DNA from: Catajapyx aquilonaris
Lineage: Eukaryota
Assembly: GCA_000934665.2 (NCBI GenBank)
Contig: JYFJ02000986.1
Span: forward strand, 1-64,000
DNA: 64,000 nt
Direction: 5' to 3'
Positions 26,905 through 38,678 of the stretch are shown piece after piece; position 1 is the stretch's first letter, and each line of letters starts with the position of its first letter. The position numbers were made by a program, and so were the translations under genes. The notes under the pieces are model-generated. The model had not been told where the DNA came from. It saw nothing but the letters and a program-made list of their open reading frames with translations, and made no database searches.

Positions 26905-27358
26905 TTAGTGCATTTCAAAATCATTAGGTGCCAATATTAGGTTGAATAGAAGCATTGGTGCAAAAAATCACTAGCAAGTATGAGGACAATTCAATATTGG
27001 AACCATCTATAAGGTTGAGACAAAATTATTAATCCTAGTCTACTACTGCCTTTTGTGGGTGACCCTGTAATTTGCAGAATACAGTAGCAGCTAATTTTTC
27101 AAAATTTATTATGAAGCCGTCTATTTTTTATAACATTTTTTGCTCTTATATAATTTCCATTTGTCTCCATAATATAAACGATCACATTTTTCTATCTACA
27201 GTACTTTCTAATATTCAATAATTCGTAATTGTTTTAATTTTTTTTAGCTGATGCGATGGAGAAGAAGAGGCGGAGGTCGTTTGGTGTGTCACCAGCACCA
27301 GCCCGCTCCGGGATGAACTGACCTCCGACCTCAGTCCAATGCGCCGGGCTCTTGAAGC

Positions 27359-27469
27359 ATGGGCCCGGACCGCGACGACCACAACAATACCCACAACAAT
27401 ACGTTATGTCTGCTGGTCGCCGTCTTGCTCCTGGCCACGCTGAGAATGGGCCTGGCAGAATGCCCAAAG
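27359..27469 (+). CDS. kek3: kekkon-family LRR-Ig receptor, coding exon 1 (signal peptide and start of LRRNT)
   Basis: ATG at 27359 gives MGPDRDDHNNTHNNTLCLLVAVLLLATLRMGLAECPK: a hydrophobic signal peptide followed by ECPK. Phase-0 donor AAG|GTAATG at 27470 joins VCECKWKGGKESV of the next exon to give the kekkon LRRNT pattern CPxxCxCKWKxGK. Confidence 0.85.
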
Positions 27470-27891
27470 GTAATGAATGCTTCTATAGCATTGATGTGCT
27501 TCGGGATATCTTGGGTCACAGTGAAAACGAGTCAGTTTTAGGGCAATTCCACGAAAGGCGGCCATATTGTCCGTACGTAACGCAGGTTTTGCAGACATGT
27601 ACTAGCGTATTTTATTGTAACAATACCCACACATTACATGAAATGGATTAAGCATGCAGTGCATGCATCCTGGCATTGTTATAATAAAATACTCTTGTGC
27701 ACGTAGGCAACACTTGCGTTACGTACGGACGGCTGCGCCATGGAATTGCCCTTTATGTGTCTAACTTGTAAGTTCCTGCTGAGATCAGTTATTAATTATT
27801 TGATTATAATTCGATTTGGCCGGCTAGTTTGATCAGAATAAGCTCTTGATGACCAGTAAATGTATGAACGCGCATTCTGATTTTCTCTAAG

Positions 27892-28242
27892 GTGTGTGAA
27901 TGCAAATGGAAAGGTGGTAAGGAGAGCGTGTCTTGCGTGAACGCCAACTTCGCGGAAGTGCCTCCACTTCTGGATAGCGGTACGCAGGTGTTGGACCTGA
28001 GCGGCAATGGCATCCAGGTGGTGGAAAAGGACGCGTTCAGCAAGGCAGGTCTTCTCAACCTCCAGAGGGTTTACCTGGCCAGGTGCAAGATCAAGCAGAT
28101 GGATCGTGACGCCTTTAACCGGCTGACCAACCTGGTAGAGCTCGACCTGAGCTCCAACCAGCTGCCATATGTCCCTACGCACATTTTCGCATCTATTTCG
28201 GAGCTCAGGGAGCTCAAGCTCAGCGGAAACCCTATACAGAGA
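27892..28242 (+). CDS. kek3: kekkon-family receptor exon 2 (LRRNT and LRR repeats)
   Basis: Acceptor ttttctctaAG|GTG. Translation VCECKWKGGKESVSC...TQVLDLSGN...LLNLQRVYLARC...LTNLVELDLSSN...LRELKLSGNPIQR contains LxxLxLxxN repeats. Donor AGA|GTACGT at 28243, phase 0. Confidence 0.93.
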
Positions 28243-29126
28243 GTACGTACGTTCATGGAAATTAAAGAGCGCAGACGACAAGCTGGGAAGCTCAAACTCG
28301 TTTTCCATCTAGTAATTGTTTACTTCCACCCTCTTATCTAGTAATTTATTTTGGTCCATCCCTTCCAACAAACAGAGGCGACATGTATTCATGACTCGCT
28401 TCACAAAATATGAACAGCTTCCCGTCTTGGTGTCGATATTCTTTGGTGTATTTTAGTTACAATGGCCCTCCAATTAGCGCAGATCAAAGCGGTGGGGAAG
28501 CAAATGATATGCATTATATTGACAGCGTAATAAGCGGCGACACTCAAAGTAGTGTCAACGCTATCAGTAAGTTAACAATGTTGTAATCAAACCTGACAAA
28601 ACGGCAGTCACCGCGATATCGGGTTCAAAGAGTCCCTGTACGGTTGTTTGAAACCTGCCAGGAAACCCCGCCATGTTGACTTGTCGAGAGAGAAAAAAAG
28701 TTCCACAAACGACGTGACGGTATTTATTGATTACCAATATTACAAGCTGACCATGGATCGAGAATATAGCAAATATACAGCTGTCCGTACCAGGCGTAAT
28801 TATCGTAAGTAACGTGATTGCCGTAATCTTGACATTTGTGTTGAAAAGCAAGCTTCTGATTACTGTGAATAAATCTAGCTTATGTGGATTACAATCAACG
28901 GTACATTGCTGTCACATTCGATAGCATGTACGGCGTATGATATAACGGTTGTTATACACAGGATATTCTAATATGGCATTGCCAGTGTCAAAGTTTGAGT
29001 TCAACACGCAATACAAATTCCGGGATAATTGAAGGAATGGTTGTAATACCAAAGCCACCAAGATTTTGTTTTTCCCCAATCTTTGTCCAAGTCCGATAGA
29101 GTCAGTTAGCAATGATTGATGTTCAG

Positions 29127-29523
29127 GTGAGCAACAACGCGTTCGCCGTGGTGGCCCAGCTGGTGAAACTGGAACTGAGTGACTGCTCTATCGGCACTGT
29201 GGAATCCCGTTCCTTCCGAGGCCTGGCGTCCTTGGAGTGGTTGAAGCTGGACGGCAATCGCCTCCATACCCTTCCACACTCCACCTTCTTCCCATTGCGG
29301 AGCCTGCACGAGTTGGTCTTACACCACAACCCTTGGAACTGCACCTGTGACCTACGACCCCTCAGAGAGTGGATGGTCAAGAAGAATGTTCCCTACGGCG
29401 TACCCCCAGTTTGCGCATCGCCTCCCAGACTGCAGGGACTTACATGGGACAAGCTTGACCTGGATGACTATGCCTGCAAGCCAGGGGTACTCGAGGGACA
29501 AAACAATGCACAAGGAGTGCAAG
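29127..29523 (+). CDS. kek3: kekkon-family receptor exon 3 (LRRs and LRRCT)
   Basis: Acceptor gttcAG|GTG. Translation includes LVKLELSDC, LEWLKLDGN and the LRRCT NPWNCTCDLRPLREW...PPVCASPPRL...DDYAC. Donor G|GTAAGC at 29524, phase 1. Confidence 0.93.
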
Positions 29524-29633
29524 GTAAGCTCATTGGCTATTTTGAAACAACCATCTGCACTGACTTGACGGTGCTGTACTTGGCTCTTTGATTAAGTGTT
29601 GCTATTAACCCTGGATGACCCTTGTACCGGCAG

Positions 29634-30130
29634 GCGAAAACGTTACATTGTCGTGCCGCGTCGGAGGCATCCCTGAGCCACGTGTCCGCTGGTTGTGGAA
29701 CAACCGCGCCATTGCCAACACGTCATCATCTGCGTCGACCATGGCGCACTTCCGCCGTGATCACACATACGTAGTGCGCGAGTGGGGAAATCAGACGGAA
29801 AAAGTGAGCAATCTGACAGTACGTGGTGTCGAAGTTCAAGACGCCGGGACGTACACATGTGTGGCCGAAAACAAGGCAGGGGTTGCTGAAGCTAACGTCA
29901 CCTTGAGCGTCCTGCGTAGAACAGCACCAGTGGGGTCTCTGAACAGGCTGCTGTTAGCCGGCATGCTGCTGGCAGGCCTTCTGCTCGTGGCCATGTGTCT
30001 TCTTCTGGGATGCGCCTGCAACATACGAACCAGGCAACGACGGCAGATGTCGCGACAAGACGACTACGAGAAGATTGAGATGAACCACAAGGGACCCGTC
30101 GTAGCCAACCATGTCATTGACGCCAGACCT
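29634..30130 (+). CDS. kek3: kekkon-family receptor exon 4 (Ig I-set domain, transmembrane helix, juxtamembrane)
   Basis: Acceptor ggcAG|GC completes Gly. Ig domain GENVTLSCRVGGIPEPRVRW...DAGTYTCVAENKAG, TM segment LLLAGMLLAGLLLVAMCLLLGC, then a basic stop-transfer stretch. Donor CCT|GTGAGT at 30131, phase 0. Confidence 0.93.
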
Positions 30131-30967
30131 GTGAGTTCCCCCCCCCCTTTTGATTCTGGATATGTGCGAGGAAGGACGCATCGACGCGCCGGTGCAAACT
30201 TCCCGGGGGAAAACCAATGCCGTGTGTCACAGGCTAAACAGTGCAGTGGAGTGAATGGGCATGTGCACGTTCTTGTATCACATTAAACTTTCAAATATCT
30301 CTCAAGCTTCCTAATCAAGTGATAAGGCCTTCCAATCCGATTCAGATATAGCAGTTAATATTAATCAGATTTGTAATAAACTTCTTTAGCCTATAAAATT
30401 TTACCTAATATTCCATGCTGGAAGAGGATAGCTTAATCTATGCTTCAACTGGTTATGTGGGATGGAAAGATGCCCATCAGTGCCTTCCTTTCTTACATTG
30501 TTTACTTGAGTCGCGGAGTCCCATTGCAGATGTTTCCAATATAGGAATCTTCTAATTGGCAAAAAAAACACGCTGCCCGAAATTTCGATGCAAAAAATAC
30601 GGATGTTAGTAATACCCATCCAATTGAAAAGCTATTAGTGGTTAGCATTTGTTAAAGAAATAAGCTGCTAATTTCAAGTAGTTACTTTGAAGTGTAGTTT
30701 CTCATAGTGGTTATCAAAATTGTAGGATACTTCGATCTATATCAATTGTAACTCCTCGCCTGTAAAAATGGGTTATATTCTTAAGTTCTATGGTAATTTT
30801 TCCAATGGGAGAGATCTAAAATCCATTTAAATAAGATCTTTGATAAATGATTTAATTCAGAAATACTGTATTAGCAGCGCGTACTTTTGGTAACAGTTAC
30901 AAGCAATATAGGGTCAATTACAAAGTAAATTCTGCATACTTCTGGTATGTCCCAATATATGTTTCAG

Positions 30968-31325
30968 TGTGGAGAGAGAAACAGTACGGCCGGCGACGTA
31001 TCTCCAAATGCGACTTCGAACAAGCGACCGAAGCATGGGGACTACCAGAGCGTGCCGACGATGGACACGGACCAGACCGACGCCAACGACGCCAAGATAT
31101 GGCTGGTTAAGCACGAGTTGGAAGCCAGCGTGACCGGCTCCAATCCCAGCGGAGGAAGCTGCGAGACCTTTCCGGATGACCAGAGGCACACCAGGCCCTT
31201 GGAACTGTCGTTGACCCCGGCCAGTGACACGCTGCCCTCGCCGGCCAGCATGGCCACCATCACCAGCGGAAAACCAGACGCACTCAGTCCTACTCAAAAC
31301 ATCACAACTCTTTCACGGCCGCAAG
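30968..31325 (+). CDS. kek3: kekkon-family receptor exon 5 (cytoplasmic, S/T-rich)
   Basis: Acceptor gtttcAG|TGT. GC-rich open frame CGERNSTAGD...HGDYQSVPT...SRPQ. Donor G|GTAATA at 31326. Phases match exons 4 and 6. Confidence 0.8.
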
Positions 31326-31832
31326 GTAATATTCTTTTATAAATAATATAAATTCGTAAGTTGTAAAATAATTATTTGCCATAATCCGATAGAATTCCCA
31401 GAGTTCAGAAAAAATGCTGAAAGTAATAGGGATATTTTCAGGACTAGTTACGAGTATGACCAAAATATCGTATTCTTGAAGTAAGTCGTAAATCGTGGGA
31501 GAATTATAGGCTCCCTGACTGCTCCCTGAGCACTCTGCGTGAATCACTCCTTTCTTACTTTGGCCCACTTTGTGTTGTTGTCCTTGTAACGGGACAACTG
31601 CCGATGGCGCGCATCGACCATAAATATCACGCCATCTGATCTTTCCCGCGGGCAGTCGCTACAGCATGTCAGCACCAAATTTGCTTGTCAAAATATGGCC
31701 AATTGTTTAACGGTTCAAGTCATCAGAGTAACTGCAGGCAAAATCCACTCTCCTGCTGACTGTTCAGAAGAAAACATTTGTAGGAGATTGAAAGCTATTT
31801 ATTATTAAGATGCTTCCTTTTAGGATTTTTAA

Positions 31833-32467
31833 AAGGGCTAACGGATTTCTAGGTTCTAAAAAACCCTCAAATAGGTAGGCATTTAGGCCCTGAAAACAGT
31901 CAAAATAGGCTCTTAAATAGGCACTATAAATCAGGCTGGTTCTAATTTATTTTAATTTCTACGCAATGGAATTTTGCAGCATAGTAACAAACTAGCAGTT
32001 ATTCCATATTTTCGGTGGTTAATCGCAGATTTTCGGCGACAGTTAAGATCCTCCCTCCCGGGGAGCCAATATGGCAGATAAAAAACCCGTCGGGCCGAAT
32101 GTAGCAGCTTATTTAACGGCTATTAATAACAGTTATTTCGAGTCGCAATAACGGTTAACGGCATATTTCCCGGGATCTTACCCATCATCCGCTTCTTCTC
32201 TCGTCACAGGTTGAAGTGGGAGGGATTCCTTGAATGGAAAACCTGCAGAACTCTCGAAAATCTTACCGAATGGCGTGAAAAAGGTCGAAATAGGCACTAA
32301 TAGGTGCTAATAGGCCATTTAGGTCCCAACACCCGAAATAGGCATTTTTAGGCTCTATAAAACTTCGATTTTTGAGGTCCTTGTGTTATGAAACGGATAG
32401 ATATTTTGGTTCCGGTGTTCTGCCTACAAAAGAAAAAGTAGGTAAAAACCTAGAAATCCGTTCTCTA
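31833..32467. mobile_element. hAT-like non-autonomous element in intron 5 of the kekkon gene
   Basis: TIRs AACGGATTTCTAGGTT / AACCTAGAAATCCGTT with many subterminal TAGGC motifs. No clear TSD. Confidence 0.6.
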
Positions 32468-33569
32468 TAGCTATTACTGTTCTAGTTCCTCCCATTGTAA
32501 ACTAAACCTAATGATATCGTAACTTAAAGAATGTTGGCTTGTAAGGTAGATAATATTTTTGTAGGACACTAAAATTTTTGGTGCAAATTGAGATATTTGA
32601 AAAACTTCCTTTACAAATTATTGGCTGTGCCATATATAAAAAAAAATTTGCGCAGAAATTTAGACTCTTAATGTTTTTTCCTGAGACCAGATTGAATATG
32701 GGTTTTTTGGCGTGAAAAACGGAGACGCCTTATATTCATCGCTGAATCGGCAACGTCGCGTCGCTCTTTCCCATCTATTCCTATTGGCTCAGTTGGTCAG
32801 TTGCTTTTCTAGCGACGAGTCAGCTATGTGGCTGTTGGTACAGTCTGCGATTCTGTAGCAGCTAGGGTTTCCGTTCTCAGCCTCGGAATTCCGGATTCGG
32901 AGTTTAGCCCACTAGCATGTGAACCAGATGACCCGTCTATTGAGAGAGTCTTTCCTGGGTCACTCCTACAGAGTACGCTCAAGGCACGCTATAAATTTGC
33001 ATCAGTGTAAATAATATTGTTGAAATAGGCTTAGATGGGCATTATTTCAAGATCATGATAAACGGTAGTATGGATATGACTCATATGAGGCAGGAAGAAG
33101 TGGTCAAGTGTGTACAGGGATATTCGCGGCGGTTAAGTGTCGCACGTTGGAGTGGTATTGCAGCGGCGTGAAATTTAATTACAATTTTTGGTCGTTCCCG
33201 GAGGTTAGGTTAGGCAGGGTTGGGTTGGTACGGTACAAAAATTTAATTATAATTATTTAGTATGTGCAGGGGGATATTCCCAGGGTGAAGGTTCGCCGGC
33301 TGGGGAGGCCGTAAATCTTGTTAAGAGTTGTGTTTCCAGCAGTGAGAGAGCGGTCTCATGTATCAGTAACTGTTTTTGAATCGCAATCGCACTTTTCACC
33401 GTCACTCTATTGTAGCGACCTTGTTCAGTAGCCTACAGTGATAGCAGCGAAGCGGGTCTGTGTCTGTCACCTATAGTCTACCGTCTTTGCTAATTCTCGA
33501 AAGCTGTCCCGAAAAGTTGTCGAAAGTTGCTCCGAGTTGGTAACCATAAATATTTTGCTGCTATTCTAG

Positions 33570-34225
33570 TAGCGACATCTAGAGGTTCGGGCCAGCATCG
33601 CCGTGTGGTATCAGAGAGCCAAAGCCCGCTGCTTCCTGGCAGTCGCTCGAGCGCCGAAGGAAGTAATCCCTCGCTCCAGCAGCCGCCGTGGGCCATCTAC
33701 AACCCCTGCCGCCATAGTAGCACTAGTTCAATGAACCTTTCCGGACCTGAGCACCCTGTACCGGCCCTACGACGGAACCCAAGTCTACCTACATCTCCAA
33801 TGCAGCACCGCGACGTCCTGTCGGTCGCTCATCGAAGCGACGACGACGACTGGTATGCCGATGAAGCTCGTGGCAGACCCCGAGGAGCCGCCAGTTCTCT
33901 CCTGGCGGCGTCGAGCCGCGCGAACACGTACGACTACCACGCAGCCCAGCTAGAAAAATTTCTGGAAGAGTACCGGAACCTCCAGGAACAGTTGTGGCGC
34001 ATGAAAGAGACGTGCGACAATCTGAAAACGTTCAGAACCAGCACCGAGATGATGGCGTCAGGGTCAGCTGTGACGTCACCGTCAGGAACGGACTCTGGTC
34101 AGGCAGGTGCAAGGGGACTGCATAAAGGCACCAGGCCCGAGTCAACCTATCACTCCGCTTTTTATACGCAGTTCGGCCTCTCAGGGCTTCAGAGGCGAGC
34201 GAGCATAGAATTCTACCCAAAATGA
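33570..34225 (+). CDS. kek3: kekkon-family receptor terminal exon 6 (cytoplasmic, coiled-coil-like segment, stop)
   Basis: Phase-1 acceptor attcTAG|TA. Long GC-rich ORF with YDYHAAQLEKFLEEYRNLQEQLWRMKETCDNL, ending RRASIEFYPK-TGA. The six exons sum to 2370 nt (789 aa plus stop), in frame. Confidence 0.78.
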
Positions 34226-36914
34226 TAATTTGGGCCCTTTTATAGGCCTCTCCTGGCCTATTTTATAAGGTACATGGAATTCTTTAAGGCTGGTTGTGGT
34301 GCCTGAATTACGGGCGAGAATTTTGGTTTTAAATCATTCTCTAATTCCCATTGTAAAGAGAAGCTCCATCTTTGGGCACGTGATATCGTAGCTGCAATGT
34401 ATAGCCTGGGACATGGATGATTGGGAAAGGGACTGGTGATTTGTAGAGAGGGTGTCTCGCCAGTGGTGACACGTGAGATAACGCAGTCGCCAGTGATGAT
34501 TGGTTAGGGAAGAAGGGCTTTAGCAACCTCCATTCAAGGGCGATCATCATTGACAGGCCGGTGAGCATTGACCAACCATATGTCAGGGCACAAGATTAAA
34601 ACTCGTTGGGTGTGGAATGTACAAGCTGCTGCAGCTGCACACAACACTACTCTTGACATCCTGTCGGAAGAGTAGTGTCCCGACCTTTACATTGGCCATT
34701 CTCCGCCTGCTGTGAAACTCGCAAGCCAAAAATTAATTAATGCTGAAGTTCCAATTCCACTTTGCCATATCAATATATGAGCGATATTGTCATTCCAGTT
34801 AATAACATATGGCAATAATCCCTGCAAGAAGAAGCTGTGCGGGTAGAGACGCGAACGCTTATTGGTGGGGTGGAGGATTCAGCTGATTGGCTGGAAGGTG
34901 TAAGGTGTGATGGCTGCTTCTCCCCCAAAAAATTACAACGCAGCTACAGTCAAAGTGGCCTCTTGTCTACACGATCGATAGTTTCACTACATCACAAAGT
35001 GAATAAAAGTGTGAATTGAGCAGTGAACAATGATTGTTGGTCTAAGTGAAACTGAGCAGTGCGCGATTGAACAAAATTACAAACAATGAGTGACGGACGC
35101 TGGAGCAATATTATATGACAAAATCCGGACTGTTTCTGTCAGAGTCCTCCAAAAAGTAAAAGAAAATCTTTTTCCCCCGCTCACTTTGTTCGAATCCCAA
35201 ACACGATTCGGTCACTTCCCAACCGACTAAACCCGATTTCCCTCTCCCTCCACCCCTCCCTTCCGGGGTGATGGGGGGTAGGGGGAGCACAAAAAACATT
35301 CGCATTATTTTGGGATAACAGTTTAAGCCCTTTCGTGCCCTTCTTGTTGATCTAGTCAGGCGTAGAAACCGAAAAAGAGTTGTGGGAATCGTGTAATCCT
35401 TCGGATTTTTCCCCCGGAACGTGACAAGCGCCAAATCTCCCCCTCCCCCTCCCCCTACCCCCACCCTAAAATAGTCCGGGGTTGTGGTATGGGTGCAGGT
35501 GGCGGGGATTCTTAAAAGGGTGCTCGTGCTAAAACCGTCAGTGCTTTTAGCACACACCCAGTGAGGAAAAAATGGTACAGTTCAAATCTGACTGCAAAAA
35601 TGGGGACAAAAGAGGCACAAAATGGCTTCTGTTGTCCGTTGGTGACAATACAGGTCCAAAAGTGTCTTCCATTGGTAACGTCGTAGGTTTGCTCCTGGAG
35701 TGGAAGTTCCCGTTCAGCAGTGCCAGGAGAGTGTGGTAAGTCTATTTTACACGTAGATCGCTATTGTGGTGTGTGTTAGTGCACGTATCTCGTGTCCTGC
35801 GTGCAAGTTGAATGCGGAACCGGGAGTAGGATAACAGCTGAGTTGCATTTTCAGCCCGCTGGACATGAAAAGTAATAATCGCGTTGCGCAGCCTGGATTT
35901 CCGGTAATTTCCCGGAGCCTGCAAGCGACCACACAAAAGCGAAATAAACGATATGTTGCAGGCGGGACTCCATTTTTGTGCAATACACGGAAACTGGTTA
36001 CAAATTTTCGGGGCCTGAATATGATTAACGCTCAAATGTGTCGCTTTGCAGCTTGATAAATATAAGTTCGACAAGTCTCTTTATTACTGTGCAAATTATT
36101 GAACCGTACATGATTGTTGAAAATTAACGCAATATTTCAGGAAGGTTTTGCATTAAGCTTCTTATTTTTAAGCAATTACTGTACCCCTTTCGCAATAAAT
36201 TATTCTTTAAGTGGTAACTTGCGTGGAAACATCGTGCAAATCCTGAAAGAGGAGCTGCCCTGCGAAATTGGATTCTATCATGGACTTTCGATGACATTTG
36301 TTCCAATAGGAATAGGCCAGTCTAAATATGATATAATATTATTACATTGCACTTCAGACCTTGCGTATAGGTGATTGAATTCGGCCTAATATTAGAAACT
36401 AATATTTTTGATAACCCCTAAAAGTCCGAGCTTAATATACGCTGCTTAGTGCAAAGAGGGCTAAAATGACAATTCAGTTGGATTACTATGTGCATACATA
36501 GTATTATATGGAATAGGCTATGTTTTAATTTAATAGGCGATAAACATTATCGCGTGATTCCTGGGGAATTATGTCGAACCACATAACGAGGCGATTATTA
36601 CTCTTCAAAAAAATGCATTTAATGGTGCCAAATAACAGAACTGACGGAAACGTCCACCTTGCCGCAAAAGCGCATTATTTCTGCTCCACTCTCTTTTTTA
36701 CAGGGAAACCCAAGAAGTACTGCAGAAAATCCCATATCCTCCTTCCATCCTTCTGCCGTCCATACTATACCAACAATACACCATTCCCGGAAACCCTGTA
36801 TAATGCCAGCGACAAAGAGCAGTAGGCCCATTCACGCGACACAAAAAGGTTCGTGATTGGATCGTGCTCCTATCATGATCGGATCACGTTGCAATTTTGA
36901 GGTGCTTACACAAT

Positions 36915-37052
36915 CAAGGGGTTAACCACTTCGGTACTCCGGTGTACACTTGCAGTGGTACTCCCAGGTACTCCTTAGGCACCTTACTCCTTGGTACTCC
37001 TTGAGTTTTGGTACTCCAGTGTACACTTTACAGTCGAGTGGTTAACACCTTG
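36915..37052 (-). mobile_element. Second copy (opposite orientation) of the GAGTACC-repeat MITE
   Basis: Reverse complement of 5838-5986. TIRs CAAGGGGTTAACCACT / AGTGGTTAACACCTTG. Degenerate 8-bp TSD tacacaat / tacacgac. Confidence 0.8.
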
Positions 37053-38459
37053 TACACGACACACTCTCGAGGTCAGGGAAAAGAGGCCAAGACGGTGACC
37101 TCAGCCACCAATTTCGCCACAGTTGTGGTCATTCTGCACCTTGACTCTCACTATCCCAAGTACTAACCCCTATCAGCCTCTATCAGCACCAAGTGGGATT
37201 GTGATACCTATATTTCAAGAATAATGTTAGTAAACTGTTATCTAAAAATAGTTCGGTCCTTTGACAAATATATTCAACTCCAAGTTTGTTGTCAGTTTGG
37301 GAAACACACGTAAGGTAAGAGTAAAATATTTCAAGTCATACCAATTTGTTCGTCGGGCAGCGCCACCAAACATCCACATCAGGGCTGGGTGGACTGGTTC
37401 ATCACAGATTGCAGTGGGTCCCTGGCTGATCTAGCAATGACGCCGCGCTGTTTAAACGTTCACATAACTCCCGCTAAATGTTCCAGTTCCATTTTTTATG
37501 ACGAATTTCTGGCGTGATGTCACGTTCGTCCTAATCCCCCGTCCCCGTCCCCACGTCAAGATCCGTCAGCTGGCAAGACCTCCTACCCCGTACTAGCTTG
37601 ATGACCCCTGAACAAGTAACCTGTCAAGCTACAGCTATAAAATGACAAGTTGATTTATCAACCTCTCATTGTTACCTACCCACCCTAATAACCTGACCAT
37701 TAGTGAACCATTGGAGTTTTGATCATAAACAAAACATGTCTTGAGCGCAGCTAGTCAAAAGAGAGGTGTGTTCATAACCGGGCCAGCAGGCATTGTGTAT
37801 AGAAAAGGGGGGGCTGAGTTGCATTCCGGCCCGTCGTAATCAGATTTTGAAAAGAGCGCTCCGGTCCCCACCTTTTAATTGAAGGCGGGCAGTAATTAAA
37901 TTCCGCGACTTACACGAGCTACGTGGCTTTTAATCAAAGGGCCTCCGCAGGCCATTGCGCCTGTTTTGTGCAATTATTATAATCAGCGCAGGAGTCGCAG
38001 TAATTATGTCCTCATGATGCCACCCCCACACCCACCGACCCTGCTCCCCTAGCTATCAAGGATATTATGCTATACCTGAATACTGAACCCCCTCAGGGAA
38101 GTCGACTGGAGAAATAATCCCGGCATTTTATTAGATTCTACCATGGACCCATTACGCCTATTTTCAGATGAAACTCGCAACAATAACGGACTTCACCTGA
38201 CTCAGGCCACTTCAAGGCACCTGATTTCTAATAAAACTTGGTTATATCCAGCCCCCGGAGACTTCTATCGCAGGCCCATGGGAAAAGCTGTGCAGTTACC
38301 TCTTCCCACATTGGCGGTAGTGTATCTCCATGCTGGACGCCATACTTTCCTTAGAGTGGCCATCTTGGAATAGCACTATCGACAGCAGCCCCCAGACACT
38401 TCTATCCCAGCCCAATGGAAAAAGCTGTGTCGTTACCCCTTCCCACATTGACGCTAGTG

Positions 38460-38678
38460 CAGTGGTTTCCAGCCTTTTACCAACTGCGACCCCCTAAACC
38501 TGTTTCCATAAATGTGCGACCCCCCCCCTTCCCCCCTCCCCCGGCCTCTCCTACAACTGCCCCCTTTCCAGAAAACATACACTCTGTATGGCCGCAAAAA
38601 TGGTTCAATTGACACAGAAATTGCAAAAAAAAAAAAATGTCGAACGAAGGCTCGCGACCCCCCTGTTGGAAACCACTG
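38460..38678. mobile_element. hAT (Charlie/MER5-like termini) MITE
   Basis: CAGTGGTTTCCA ... TGGAAACCACTG. 8-bp TSD cgctagtg / cgctagct with a CTAG core. Confidence 0.8.

Noticed and set aside
27796..28308. Antisense ORFs overlapping kekkon exons (e.g. 170 aa)
   Set aside because: Shadow ORFs of GC-rich coding sequence with no recognisable domain.
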